DNA from: Candidatus Bathyarchaeota archaeon
Lineage (GTDB): Archaea; Thermoproteota; Bathyarchaeia; 40CM-2-53-6; RBG-13-38-9
NCBI GenBank assembly: GCA_963807605.1
Contig: CAWECG010000001.1
Span: 535,410 to 599,409, forward strand
Length of the DNA stretch: 64,000 nucleotides
Reading direction: 5' to 3'
The position numbers and the translations under genes were made by a program. Under the pieces are notes generated by a model, which searched no databases, was not told where the DNA came from, and worked only from the letters and a program-made list of their open reading frames with translations. Of this stretch, positions 20,425 to 30,645 are shown piece after piece (the stretch's first letter is position 1; each line of letters opens with the position of its first letter).

Positions 20425-21381
20425 ATGAGCATAAAGAATGTTGCATGCGTCGGAGTCGGGACGATCGGCCACAGTTGGGCAACTCTATTCGCGATCAAAG
20501 GTTATGATGTCACTGCATATGATATGAGTCCGGAGTTGCTCAGGAGCGCTATGGACAGAATCAAGGCAAGTGCAGAGTTCCTCGCTGAGAAAGGTCTGAT
20601 AGCTAAGAGAGATGCAGAGGCGGCGCTGGGCAGGATTAGAATCACTTCTGAAATGTCCAAGTGTGTTTCAGGAGCAGACTATATTCAGGAGTCGGCCTTT
20701 GAAAGCTACGACGTCAAGAAAAAGATTTTTTCAGAGATTGATAGAGTAAATAGTTCCGCAATAATAGCTACAAGCTCCTCAGGCTTACTGATGACTGAGA
20801 TTCAGAAAGCTGTCACAAAGCCTGAGAGATGTCTTGTCGCCCATCCGTGGAACCCTCCTCTTTTGTTAAGGCTTGTCGAGCTTGTGCCTGGAGAGAAGAC
20901 CTCACAAGAGGCCATTCAGACAACTTATGAATTTATGGAGAAACTGGATAAGACGCCTGTTGTGGTCAAGAAAGAAGTTCCAGGATTTATAGGAAACCGC
21001 CTTCAGGCTGCCCTCTGGCGTGAAGCCCTAAACCTGGTTAATAATGGTGTGGCGTCTGTTGAGGATGTTGATAGAGCCTGCTGGGCTGGCCCTGGATCAA
21101 GATGGGCGATCATGGGACCTTTTCTGACTCTTCATCTTGGAGGAGGGCCTGGAGGTTTGAAGTACCACATAGATACTATTCAAAACGGCTTCAATGAATA
21201 CTGGAAAAGCATGGACGACTGGAAGCAGCTACCCTATCATGCAGCCAAGAAGGCAATTGATGGCGTGGAGCAATTACCGATAGTCAAGGAGAAGACCCTT
21301 CCGGAGATGGTCAAATGGAGAGATGACAAACTGGTGAAGATAGTTAAACTTCAGGAGAGAACGGTGAGAACCAATGAGTAA
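20425..21381 (+). CDS. 3-hydroxyacyl-CoA dehydrogenase family (lambda-crystallin/carnitine dehydrogenase-like)
   Basis: GVGTIG Rossmann motif, TSSSG, HPWNPP, GFIGNRLQ. Confidence 0.9.
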   Translation: MSIKNVACVGVGTIGHSWATLFAIKGYDVTAYDMSPELLRSAMDRIKASAEFLAEKGLIAKRDAEAALGRIRITSEMSKCVSGADYIQESAFESYDVKKKIFSEIDRVNSSAIIATSSSGLLMTEIQKAVTKPERCLVAHPWNPPLLLRLVELVPGEKTSQEAIQTTYEFMEKLDKTPVVVKKEVPGFIGNRLQAALWREALNLVNNGVASVEDVDRACWAGPGSRWAIMGPFLTLHLGGGPGGLKYHIDTIQNGFNEYWKSMDDWKQLPYHAAKKAIDGVEQLPIVKEKTLPEMVKWRDDKLVKIVKLQERTVRTNE

Positions 21382-21808
21382 AGACAAATCTGGAAGAAAG
21401 ATAAAGTTCCACCATGTTGCCATATTGGTCAAGACTCATACCATAGAGGATCTGTTAACAGGCTTCATCAACCTGCCAGGGCGCACTTGGTACAACAAGG
21501 ATCAGGGTGTAGATGTTACATTTCTGCCTCTGGGGAATGCTTACATTGAGATGGTCTATCCCCACGGCAACGAGGGCTTGGAGAAGTCCCTGCAGAATCG
21601 TGGCGAGGGAATTTATCACTTCTGTTTTGAGGTTGACGATCTGGATTACTGGGCTAAGAAGTGTGATGAGAGGGGCTACAAGGTCGTCAGCAGAGACAGC
21701 AGATGCTTCTTCATACACCCTAAGACCTTCGGCGGAATCTTGGTGGAATTCGTCAACTGGCCAGAAGGCGACCCCATGGGTGAACTAACTCTCATGGACA
21801 AGACGTGA
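21374..21808 (+). CDS. VOC family protein, methylmalonyl-CoA epimerase-like
   Basis: HHVAI, IEMV, GEGIYHFCFEVDD, FIHPKTFGGILVEF. Confidence 0.85.
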   Translation: MSKDKSGRKIKFHHVAILVKTHTIEDLLTGFINLPGRTWYNKDQGVDVTFLPLGNAYIEMVYPHGNEGLEKSLQNRGEGIYHFCFEVDDLDYWAKKCDERGYKVVSRDSRCFFIHPKTFGGILVEFVNWPEGDPMGELTLMDKT

Positions 21809-21852
21809 TAACGAACGGACAACAATACAGTTACGGTCAGTCGTCGATCATC

Positions 21853-22206
21853 TTAGCCGTGATGATTGGAAATATCATCGCTGACTGAGAGGAATTGCTT
21901 CACAAACCTCTCAGCATTCTTGTCCGTTCCAGCGCCCTTCAGCGTTGTCTGTGATACCAGGTGATGATAGAACTCGTGGAGGACAACGGCAGGGTTACAT
22001 AAGATCTCACTATTCGCAAAGACGATTATTCTCTGTTTTTCCACGTAACAGGCTGCGACGTTTCGATGACCTTTGACAGTCCCAACTCGAAACTGTGGAG
22101 ACGAGACACCGTAACCAGAGCTGAGTGAGTCGAGCGCTGAACTCAACTCGCCATCAAGTATCTTCCGAACTACTGAAGCTCTTAACGTGATGTCTAGAGT
22201 CCTCAT
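21853..22206 (-). CDS. Small HExxH zincin-like protein
   Basis: VVLHEFYHH motif, then xKNAERF. Confidence 0.65.
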   Translation of the reverse strand: MRTLDITLRASVVRKILDGELSSALDSLSSGYGVSSPQFRVGTVKGHRNVAACYVEKQRIIVFANSEILCNPAVVLHEFYHHLVSQTTLKGAGTDKNAERFVKQFLSVSDDISNHHG

Positions 22207-22219
22207 TCCATGTAGATCC

Positions 22220-22957
22220 TCAACGATCCTTCAGACCTTCCAACTTTCCAAGTTGATGAACGACTTCGCCGATCTCACTGACGAGAAGGTCAAGAATGAC
22301 TTCACCCTTTAGACTTGTTGCTTTAGTAGCGTCACCGATTATTCCGAGTTTCATAAAGTCTTTAGGATTCCTTGAGACAAGGTGTGGGGGAAATGACGGG
22401 ATCTCTGACGCAGCCTTCTCCATCTTTACATGTTGGGGTGCGAGAGCTAGCATTATCGACGTCTCAACCTCACCCGCGTGGCCGAATGGCTCCTCTATGA
22501 ATCCGTCAGGCAGCTTCTTCAGCATCTCTGGGAGTCTGGTTATTGCGATGTTCAGATCATCATGCTTCTTGAGGAGTTCTTGGGCCGAAACCTCTAGGCC
22601 CACAAGCTGAGCGGACCCAAGATGCCCTGGCAGAAAGATCATGTTCCTCAGGCCAGCGGAGTACAGGCTCTCGACAATATCAACGACTAGTAATCTTAGA
22701 GTGTCTAGGCTGATCGTTACTGTTCCGGGAAAAGACTCACTTCTTCTGCAGACTCCGTAGCATATGGGCGGTGCAACAAGAGCTGCGGTCTTCGCTCCTA
22801 CACGTTTTGCTATTTCGTAGGCCACCAGGTAGTCTGTGGATAAAGGGAGATGATGCCCGTGCTCCTCAGTCGAGCCGAAAGGAATGATTACGGTCTGTGT
22901 CTCCTTGATCTTCGTCTCGAGTTCTTTCCAAGTCATGTCCTCCATAAGATAGAGCAC
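22220..22957 (-). CDS. Creatininase/ArfB family amidohydrolase
   Basis: GSTEEHGHHLPLSTD, GH, HAGEVETS. Confidence 0.92.
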   Translation of the reverse strand: MLYLMEDMTWKELETKIKETQTVIIPFGSTEEHGHHLPLSTDYLVAYEIAKRVGAKTAALVAPPICYGVCRRSESFPGTVTISLDTLRLLVVDIVESLYSAGLRNMIFLPGHLGSAQLVGLEVSAQELLKKHDDLNIAITRLPEMLKKLPDGFIEEPFGHAGEVETSIMLALAPQHVKMEKAASEIPSFPPHLVSRNPKDFMKLGIIGDATKATSLKGEVILDLLVSEIGEVVHQLGKLEGLKDR

Positions 22958-23480
22958 CTGAAATGCACCTGTTCTCTGTGAGAATGAATTGTTGCGTTTT
23001 GTTCTTAAATGGTATATGAGAGCTCAAGAAGCTCAAGTAACTTGTTGACCGTTAGATGAAAGAAGAGAACGCGCGCGCTTTACCGCATGGAGGGCACTTG
23101 GCATTAATTGATTTTGAGAATGATATTTTAAGATTCAAGAAGTAAGAATTGTCTTTTCGTGAACGAGTTCTAATGGAATTTGAAGAGGAGACGAGTTCAT
23201 CAAGAAATAGCCGGCAGCCCGGCAGTGGGTAGAGCGTTACCGCAAATCACTAAACACAGAAATTGACCTTCCTGCTATTGTGGGAACGGTTGATACGCTT
23301 ACTGGAATTGAAAGCACGCGAGTATTTGTTAGGGTCGGCAATGGCTAAGCGTATTATGTCGACTGTTAGCCAGAATAATCTGCTGTGGGGATGCCGATAT
23401 GCTACCCATTCGTGAGCGTCGAGTTGAGTAATCAATAATAATAGCCACTGAAACTCTCGAAGCGAATGCGAAGGTAACCT

Positions 23481-24650
23481 GTGATGCGACGCCCCAACCA
23501 CGAAGACATAGCCTCTGAAAGGCCACGTTACCCACCGAAGTTTTCCTGGTGGTCTCCTCTAGTCACAAAGCTTGTTCAAAAAGAGGACTTAAGCTTCAAA
23601 GAGGTTGAGGATGCCACTCTCAGGATCTTGAAGCTGATCGAGAAGAGGGATCCTAATGCACCTGTCGTGATGGCGAGTTTCTTTGGAGGCCTATCCACGA
23701 AAGGGTCGACTGTCGAAGAACTTGCGGCCATGAACTCAGCTATGGAGAAGACGAAGCGTGTTAGATTCAACTTCCTGGTCAAGAAGCCCATAGTCACGGC
23801 GGGAGGGACTGGTGGAGATACGCTAAAGACAATCAACGTGACCACCCCCGCAGTTCTCCTAGCCTCAGCAGCTGGAGCTATCGCCGTGAAAAGCGGCGCA
23901 AAGGCGTTCAGCTCAAAGACAGGCGCCACAGATCTGGCTCTGACCATGGGGATAAACGTCAACGCGAAACCCCAAATTGTCAAGAGGTGCGTGGAGAGGA
24001 CTGGAACAGCAGTATGGTCCTCTGCCGTAGTTTATCCTTGGATGAACCCTCTTGTGGACCTGAGAAACAGCGCCTCTGCACCCGTATTCTTCCCTTTGAT
24101 GGGGTCACTGAGATTGATGATAGCAACGTCTCTGAATCCTTTCTCAACCAAGCGTCAGGTTAGAGGGATCTCTACACCTCAGACCCAGCTTGTGGCCGAT
24201 GTATTCTCAAAGGTAGGGTACGATCGAGCATTGATTCCTCTAGGTTATGGCGACGATGAGAACATACGGATAGATGAGTTCTCAAATCTCGGAAAAACTG
24301 TTGTCTCTGAGCTCTTTTCCAACGGCAAGATCGAGACCTATCAAGTCGGACATGAAGATCTAGGTGTAAGAAGAGGATCCCCCAATGAGATAGTGGCCAG
24401 AGAGACACATCGGGAGAATGCGAAGGTTGCCTTGAACATTCTTTCTGGTAGAGATCACAGTAGTCGGAGGGATCTTATCACGATCAATGCTGCGGCAATC
24501 CTGTATCTTGCAGACGAAGCTGGCTCAATTAAGGAAGGACACGAGCTAGCCTCAAATGCTATTGATGAGGGGAAAGCGATCATTAAGGTTGAGGAGTTGG
24601 TCGGTTGCAGCCGTGGAGACCCTAAGAGGTTTGCAAAACTCCTAGTGTAA
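23481..24650 (+). CDS. Anthranilate phosphoribosyltransferase-like (divergent TrpD paralogue)
   Basis: GGTGGD, NVTT, KSGAKAFSSKTGATD, DE metal motif, NAAAILY. Confidence 0.85.
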   Translation: MMRRPNHEDIASERPRYPPKFSWWSPLVTKLVQKEDLSFKEVEDATLRILKLIEKRDPNAPVVMASFFGGLSTKGSTVEELAAMNSAMEKTKRVRFNFLVKKPIVTAGGTGGDTLKTINVTTPAVLLASAAGAIAVKSGAKAFSSKTGATDLALTMGINVNAKPQIVKRCVERTGTAVWSSAVVYPWMNPLVDLRNSASAPVFFPLMGSLRLMIATSLNPFSTKRQVRGISTPQTQLVADVFSKVGYDRALIPLGYGDDENIRIDEFSNLGKTVVSELFSNGKIETYQVGHEDLGVRRGSPNEIVARETHRENAKVALNILSGRDHSSRRDLITINAAAILYLADEAGSIKEGHELASNAIDEGKAIIKVEELVGCSRGDPKRFAKLLV

Positions 24651-24687
24651 AATCTAACCCGGCCCAGATCATTGTTCTGAATAGGCA

Positions 24688-25358
24688 TCAATTCTTAGAG
24701 ACCTTGTACTCTAGAATTATTGTGTCGCCCACAATTTCATGATTCTTCAGGGAGAGTTTCAGAGAGTGCTCAATATCTAGGTAGCCTTCCCCGCCTACAA
24801 ATGTCGGGGCTGCTCGACCTCCCCACACTGAAGGTGTGATCCAGACTGAAGATTCTCATCAACCAATCGCTCTTTCACGAAGCTCCATCTGACCTCTGAT
24901 CCACCCTCCACAAGCAACTTCCTCACACCTCTTCGGTAGAGAAGATCAAGTAATCCTTCTAGGGGGATCGTTCTTTCACAGTCGAAACGCATCACTTCAA
25001 CACCTCTCTCCACCATTTTGGCGGTCCTTTCGGCCGGCGCGGCAGCAGACACCGCGACGATAGTGGCCGCGTCCTCGATTTTGAATATCTCCGACTGCAA
25101 AGGTGAAGAGGCCATGCTGTCGAGAACTACTCTTAAAGGATTCTTACCGCGGACGGCTCTAACAGTAAGACGCGGATTATCCTCAATGACTGTTCCAGAA
25201 CCAACAAGAACAGCGTCAACCTCCGCTCGAAGCTGATGCAGCCTGCCAAGCAACCTCTCTCCCATGAGCTTGGCAAGGAGCCTACCGTTCCTGTTAGCCG
25301 GCGCAGTCTTGCCGTCTAGGCTCATAAAGCCCCCGAGAATAACGTATGGCCTAGTCAT
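24688..25358 (-). pseudogene. RibD C-terminal-type pyrimidine reductase (ArfC-like), frameshifted near 24850
   Basis: MSLDGK, LVGSGTVIEDNPRLT, LLVEGG; the C-terminus VWITPSVWGGRAAPTFVGG continues after two extra A bases (gagAatcttcAgtc). Confidence 0.85.
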
Positions 25359-25513
25359 AGTACCCCGACACACAGTACTAGTACTACGGGCCTAGATTCT
25401 AAATGTATATCGTGCAGTGTTGCCAGTGACTTGCCAACATTGCAGAGTCCACACTTGTCACGAAACCTTTTACTAGCTAAACATTGCAGCAAACGGAACA
25501 AGAGTTGCATTCC

Positions 25514-26902
25514 ATGGGAAGCCTAGACATTTTCTTCAAACCAAAGAGTGTTGCAGTAGTAGGAGCATCACCAAAACCTGAGAAACTAGGATACATTGTC
25601 ATTGAGAACCTTCTCAAGATGGGATACCCCGGCAAGATCTATCCGGTGAACCCAAATTACACTGAGATCCAAGGTTTCAGAGCTTATCCTAGCGTGAAAG
25701 CCATCCCCGGATCCGTGGACGTCGGCATTATCCTTGTTCCAGCCGAAGCCGTTGTCGAGGTTTTGAGGGAGACTGCTGAGAAAGGAGTAAAACATGTGGT
25801 GATAAGCTCAGGGGGATTCAGTGAGGTTGATGAGCAAGGGGTCGAGAGACAGCGGGAGATTCTTGAGATCGCTAAGAAATCAGGGATGAGGATTATTGGG
25901 CCGAACACGACGGGCATTGTGAGTATCCCAGATCGTTTCTCCACCACCTTTGTGAGGGGCTACATTAGACCAGGCCTAGTTGCCTATGTTGCCCAGACAG
26001 GCATATTCGCAGGTTTAACTTCCAGTTTGATATCTTCTCGAGAATACTTTGGAATCAGCAGAATCATAGGACTGGGGAATAAGGTAGATGTGGACGACTC
26101 CGAAGCTTTGGAGTATCTGGAGAATGATCCTGAGACTAGGGTCATACTCATGTATATTGAGGGATTGAAAGATAGCAGGCGATTCATGGAAGTCGCCAGA
26201 AGGGTCTCTCGGAAGAAGCCTATACTGGCATTGAAATCCGGGAGGACAACCGCAGGCGCGAAGGCTTCGCATTCTCACACTTCCTCGCTCGCAGCCAACG
26301 ATGCAATTGTAGACGGGGCATTCAAGCAAGTTGGCATAATTCGCGTGAGTAATTATATGGATCTTGTGAACTACGCGAAAGCCTTTGTCTATCAAAAACC
26401 GCCCCGTGGCAAACGTGTAGGAGTCATCACACCTTCCGGCGGACTGGGTGTCATGGCGGCTGATGTATGCCAGACAGTGGGCTTGGATTTGGCGAGTTTC
26501 TCGGATCAGACGCAGAATAATCTCAAAGAGGCAAGTCCCTCATATATTGAGATTGGGAATCCCTACGATATTTGGCCCTCAATCGTGAAGATTGGTGCAG
26601 ATGCCGCTTACAAGATTGGCTTGGAATCCATGTTCAGGGATCAGAATATTGACGCAATCCTCGCTGGGTTCGGGCCGGCAGAGGGCTTCGAGCTAGAGGA
26701 TCCATCTTTCATCTCTGCTACGTCAAAGGAGAATCCGGACAAGCCAATCGTGACTTTTGCAACAGGCGATTGGGGTAAGGTCGAGAAAATCCGTGAGACT
26801 CTCGAGAAACAAAGCATTCCAGTGTATTATTCACCAGAGGAAGCAGCTCAAGCGTTAACTGTCATGCATAGGTATTCAAGAATAAGGTCGGGCTCCAAGT
26901 GA
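25514..26902 (+). CDS. acdA: ADP-forming acyl/acetyl-CoA synthetase alpha subunit
   Basis: PKSVAVVGAS, IIGPNTTG, GNKVDV, KSGRT..SHTSSLA phospho-His, NPYD. Confidence 0.9.
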   Translation: MGSLDIFFKPKSVAVVGASPKPEKLGYIVIENLLKMGYPGKIYPVNPNYTEIQGFRAYPSVKAIPGSVDVGIILVPAEAVVEVLRETAEKGVKHVVISSGGFSEVDEQGVERQREILEIAKKSGMRIIGPNTTGIVSIPDRFSTTFVRGYIRPGLVAYVAQTGIFAGLTSSLISSREYFGISRIIGLGNKVDVDDSEALEYLENDPETRVILMYIEGLKDSRRFMEVARRVSRKKPILALKSGRTTAGAKASHSHTSSLAANDAIVDGAFKQVGIIRVSNYMDLVNYAKAFVYQKPPRGKRVGVITPSGGLGVMAADVCQTVGLDLASFSDQTQNNLKEASPSYIEIGNPYDIWPSIVKIGADAAYKIGLESMFRDQNIDAILAGFGPAEGFELEDPSFISATSKENPDKPIVTFATGDWGKVEKIRETLEKQSIPVYYSPEEAAQALTVMHRYSRIRSGSK

Positions 26903-27176
26903 ACTATGCACACGCAGACCATGCAACATGCTTTGAAGTGTTGCGCGTGCGTTTAACCGTCAGATTATGTTATTGTGTGGATAGCGCGCGCTTTAGAGTA
27001 TCAGAATTTGAACTATGATTTGTGTGCGTTCACAACCATAGCGACGACAACATACCCTGGTGCTAACATGCGCACTACTCATTGTCAACTCAATCAGGAA
27101 AAGCCCAAATCGATATTAGTTACTGACGTTGTAATAGTCGCTGCTAAGCCACTGGTACAGATAGTATGAACGACTT

Positions 27177-27282
27177 GGGCCGGTAGTTCAGCTTGGTATA
27201 CATATTGGCCAATGAACGTCCGGTTCGCATGAACCTCTGAGAAACCGGAAGGTCGCGGGTTCAAATCCCGCCCGGTCCACCA
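27177..27282 (+). tRNA. tRNA-Ala(CGC) with two 14-nt introns (D-loop 27200-27213; canonical 37/38 at 27230-27243), CCA encoded
   Basis: Acceptor stem GGGCCGG/CCGGTCC with G3:U70; D stem GTTC/GAAC; anticodon stem TCCGG/CCGGA; T arm GCGGG-TTCAAAT-CCCGC; both introns fold into BHB motifs. Confidence 0.92.
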
Positions 27283-27547
27283 CCATGAATCCTAGGCTGT
27301 CGGAATATTCGAGTTTTACGCTTGGATGCGCCTCATGTCTAGGTTCTAATGTTTGAATGTTTAGGGTCTAAGGATACGAATCACGGCCGCTGTTTAGATT
27401 AGCGTGCCCTCTCTATCAGATTCTTTCTCTGACCAGCGTAAGTTTAAGACCCCAGTCCTTATTTGAGATTGTTTCAGAACCCAGTACGCGCGCGTCGTAG
27501 AAGAATCGGATTTTGCTCAAGTTGAATAGGCCTCTCGCCTTGGTTAG

Positions 27548-28768
27548 TTATCTGGCCATTGCTCTGTTGAAGATTGGCACAGCGATTGCCATAGTGACCA
27601 CTGAGTATGCTAGGAGCACCAGCAGATCAGGCATGATGATGTTCACACTCGCATTCAGTATGACTACTTTTTTGAGAGCATCCGCGGCGTAGTAGAGAGG
27701 GAAGGCTTTGCCGATGTATTGTACGGGTACAGGTAACTGGTTGATTGGGAACAGTATCCCGCTGAGAAACATCATTGGGAACTGAAGTAGCGTTGTCATC
27801 ATCTGTGCTGTTTCCTGTTCAGGAGCGAGAGAGGTCATGATTATGCCGACGCCGATGAAGCTGGCTACACCAAGCACCATGACAAGAAGCATGATAACAG
27901 GACTGCCGTAAATCACTACTCCGAACAATAACATTGATAACCCAAGTATTAGGAATCCTTGAATTAATCCCCGTGTTGTTTGCGCTGCAATCTTCCCTAT
28001 GATAACGGATTGTCTGGGAATGGGTGCGACAAGTAATCCGTCCATTGTTCCTTGTTCTTTTTCTCTAGAGATGGCGGAGCTGACTCCGTTTAATGCTCCT
28101 GTGATAACGGTTAACGCCATGAATGACGGAGCTAGATATTCGAAGGATGTTGGGACACCTGGGATTAATGGAATGTTCGTCATGCTGATCGGTTGAAGAG
28201 CGAATGTTGGGTTACCTTTTGGGTCTAAGTTTTGCTGAAGGTATTGTGTTGATATTTGGCTTTCGATTGCTCCGAGAATTTCTGCGACTTCACTTTGAAC
28301 GGCGGCGGCTACTGTTGGATTTGTTTGGTCAACTGTTATTTGTATTGTGGCCTGCGCGTCAGCCTGAATTGCAGCGCTGAATCCTTGGGGTATGATCACT
28401 ATTCCTGACAGGTGGCCTTTCACAATTCCGTTTCTGGCTGTTGAGTAATCGGTCATTTCATTTACTCTGAATATTCCTTGGGATTCAGCAATGTGAATGA
28501 ATTGAGCGCCAACATTACGCGCTATTTGTCCGCTATCCTGTTGAATCATGGCTAACTCCAAGTTTGGGTATGGTGACGGTATTTGGCCACTGTACGGATT
28601 TACTTGAACTGGGGGTGGGTAAATGAAACCGAACATTGTCATGAAAAGCAGGGGCATCATGATGAAGAAGACGAGAAGCATCTTTGCTCGCCATAAATCG
28701 AGCAGGTCGCGTTTAGCGATTTCAGTGGTAACTTTCCATCCGCTCACCTGCCTTGCTTTAGTTTGCAC
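27548..28768 (-). CDS. ABC-2 type exporter permease
   Basis: REKEQGTMDGLLVAP, FLSGILFP; six TM helices plus an extracellular loop. Confidence 0.92.
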   Translation of the reverse strand: MQTKARQVSGWKVTTEIAKRDLLDLWRAKMLLVFFIMMPLLFMTMFGFIYPPPVQVNPYSGQIPSPYPNLELAMIQQDSGQIARNVGAQFIHIAESQGIFRVNEMTDYSTARNGIVKGHLSGIVIIPQGFSAAIQADAQATIQITVDQTNPTVAAAVQSEVAEILGAIESQISTQYLQQNLDPKGNPTFALQPISMTNIPLIPGVPTSFEYLAPSFMALTVITGALNGVSSAISREKEQGTMDGLLVAPIPRQSVIIGKIAAQTTRGLIQGFLILGLSMLLFGVVIYGSPVIMLLVMVLGVASFIGVGIIMTSLAPEQETAQMMTTLLQFPMMFLSGILFPINQLPVPVQYIGKAFPLYYAADALKKVVILNASVNIIMPDLLVLLAYSVVTMAIAVPIFNRAMAR

Positions 28769-28770
28769 GT

Positions 28771-29583
28771 TTACATTCTCCCTACAGCTTTCATACTAAC
28801 GCGGTCTGAAGCTGAATCACGTAGCTCTCGGCCTGTAACAGTCAGGAAAACTTCAAGCATCGACTCTGTACCATACTCGTTCTTAAGACCCGCAACAGTC
28901 CCCGTTGCCATGATTTTTCCATGATCCATAATCGAAATGCAATCCGATAATTCGTCTGCTTCTTCCATTATGTGGGTAGTCAGAATGATCGTATGTCCCT
29001 TCTTCTTCAGGTCTAGTATTGTGTCCCTGACAAACTTCGTGCTTTGCGGGTCAAGCGCAGTGGTTGGCTCATCTAGAAAGATGATTTCAGGATCGTGAAT
29101 TAAGGCGCGGATCACATTCATTCTTTGTCTCATCCCGCTTGAGAAGCCACCTACGCTTCGGTCTTTGAAGGGCGTCAGCTTCACCATATCCAATAATTCC
29201 TCGACCTTCGACTTCAATTCTGCCTTATCTATTCCGTAGAGTTTGCCGAAGAAAATTAGGTTCTGTTCAGCCGTCAATCGTGTGTACATGATTAGTTTCT
29301 CTGAGACTAGTCCGATTCGTTTTCGAACCTCATTGGCTTCACTATCAATGTTAAATCCTGCAACCCTCCCTGTGCCTGAAGTTGGCTTAAGTAACGTGCA
29401 AAGCATACGAATGGTAGTACTTTTTCCTGCGCCATTCGGCCCAAGAAACCCATAGATTGTCCCCCTTCGGACGGCAAGGTCGACGTGGTCGACTGCTGTG
29501 AAGCTACCGAATTTCTTCGTCAGACCATGAGTCTCAATCGCATACTCGGATAGTGGAGCCAATTCGGTTCTCTGGGGAGTCAT
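28771..29583 (-). CDS. ABC exporter ATP-binding subunit (DrrA-like)
   Basis: GPNGAGKST, FSSGMRQR, LDEPT, TTH. Confidence 0.95.
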   Translation of the reverse strand: MTPQRTELAPLSEYAIETHGLTKKFGSFTAVDHVDLAVRRGTIYGFLGPNGAGKSTTIRMLCTLLKPTSGTGRVAGFNIDSEANEVRKRIGLVSEKLIMYTRLTAEQNLIFFGKLYGIDKAELKSKVEELLDMVKLTPFKDRSVGGFSSGMRQRMNVIRALIHDPEIIFLDEPTTALDPQSTKFVRDTILDLKKKGHTIILTTHIMEEADELSDCISIMDHGKIMATGTVAGLKNEYGTESMLEVFLTVTGRELRDSASDRVSMKAVGRM

Positions 29584-29673
29584 TATGATGCCTCTGTCGA
29601 TTGTTATTGTGTCTCCGAGTGCATTACGTTTAGCAGGGCTATCGTGTTATTCCTTATTCGTGCGGTTTGATAC

Positions 29674-29743
29674 ATCGATACGATACTATCTTATCGATAG
29701 TTGGTAATATTTAAATACGTCGCCTGATGTATCGATACGATAC
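29674..29743. promoter_or_regulatory. Putative PadR operator repeats in the divergent promoter
   Basis: ATCGATACGATAC at 29674-29686 and 29731-29743, plus TATCGATA at 29692, around TATA-like TTTAAATA. Confidence 0.55.
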
Positions 29744-29753
29744 AGGTGCGGCG

Positions 29754-30155
29754 ATGCTCATGGCGAAGGGATTCCAGACGGGCCCTTATGAGGTAATGTT
29801 CTTTCTGGCGTTGAAGGATGGACCCGCCTATGGGTATGAACTGGCCACACGATTCAAGAGGATGACTAGGGGCCACATTAAGGTTAGTTTCGGTACCATA
29901 TACCCTTTCCTACGTCGCATGGAGCGGAGAGGAATAATCAAATCGAGTCGAAAGGAAAGGTCTGGCAGAGTATACTATGCACTAACTCCGAAAGGCCGAA
30001 CGGCTCAAGAAAGGGTTTTGAAGCAAATCAAGAAGTCTCAAAAGGAATGGGAGGAGAAGTTGCTGGGTATTCTAGCAATGCATGCAGAAGTGTTTGGACG
30101 TAGAGCGCTTCACGACCTGTTGGAACGTGGAAAACTCTTGGCGAAAACGTCATGA
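29754..30155 (+). CDS. PadR family transcriptional regulator
   Basis: GPAYGYEL, GTIYPFLRRME, YYALTPKG. Confidence 0.9.
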   Translation: MLMAKGFQTGPYEVMFFLALKDGPAYGYELATRFKRMTRGHIKVSFGTIYPFLRRMERRGIIKSSRKERSGRVYYALTPKGRTAQERVLKQIKKSQKEWEEKLLGILAMHAEVFGRRALHDLLERGKLLAKTS

Positions 30156-30240
30156 TAGGATGTCTGGTGAAAGCATGAAACTGCGGGGCCCCTTGGAGGA
30201 GCAACGGGCACCCAATCGCCGGTCGGTCAGTTTTTTTGCA

Positions 30241-30500
30241 TCAGCAATGGGCCTTTTTCTGTTCTGTAGGTTCACTGATGAGTAATGGTTTCTTGTTCCA
30301 TCTGATCACCCAATCGGCGAGTTGGAGTAGCAGTGCATGCAGCTCCCGGCCTTTCTTGGTGAGTGAGTACTCGACTCTTGGAGGAGTTTCAGGGTACACT
30401 CTTCTCTGAACTATTCCCCGTTGTTCCAGCTCCTTTAGCCGCTCCGTTAAGCTGGTGGCACTTATCGAGCCAAGCCTCTTCTTCAGCTCGTTGAATCTAC
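30241..30500 (-). pseudogene. HxlR family wHTH regulator, 5'-truncated
   Basis: RFNELKKRLGSISATSLTERLKELE..PPRVEYSLTKKG; the upstream frame is not HxlR-like. Confidence 0.75.
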
Positions 30501-30501
30501 A

Positions 30502-30645
30502 CCAGAAATGATGAAGAAATTTCCACAGGATCTGCCGCCGATGATTTCCAAGATGGAGGAGATCATGGCAGGAGTGGAAACCTATGATCTCAAAACTTAC
30601 CGAGTCAAAATAGAGGAGGATAGTATATTCGTGAAAGTTGAATAA
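30502..30645 (+). pseudogene. C-terminal fragment of a probable Rieske-type ferredoxin
   Basis: PEMMKKF...VETYDLKTYRVKIEEDSIFVKVE*; the Cys/His ligand part is missing. Confidence 0.5.

Noticed and set aside
23210-23500. RNase P/SRP RNA or tRNA half
   Set aside because: No conserved RNase P or SRP motifs and no T-arm
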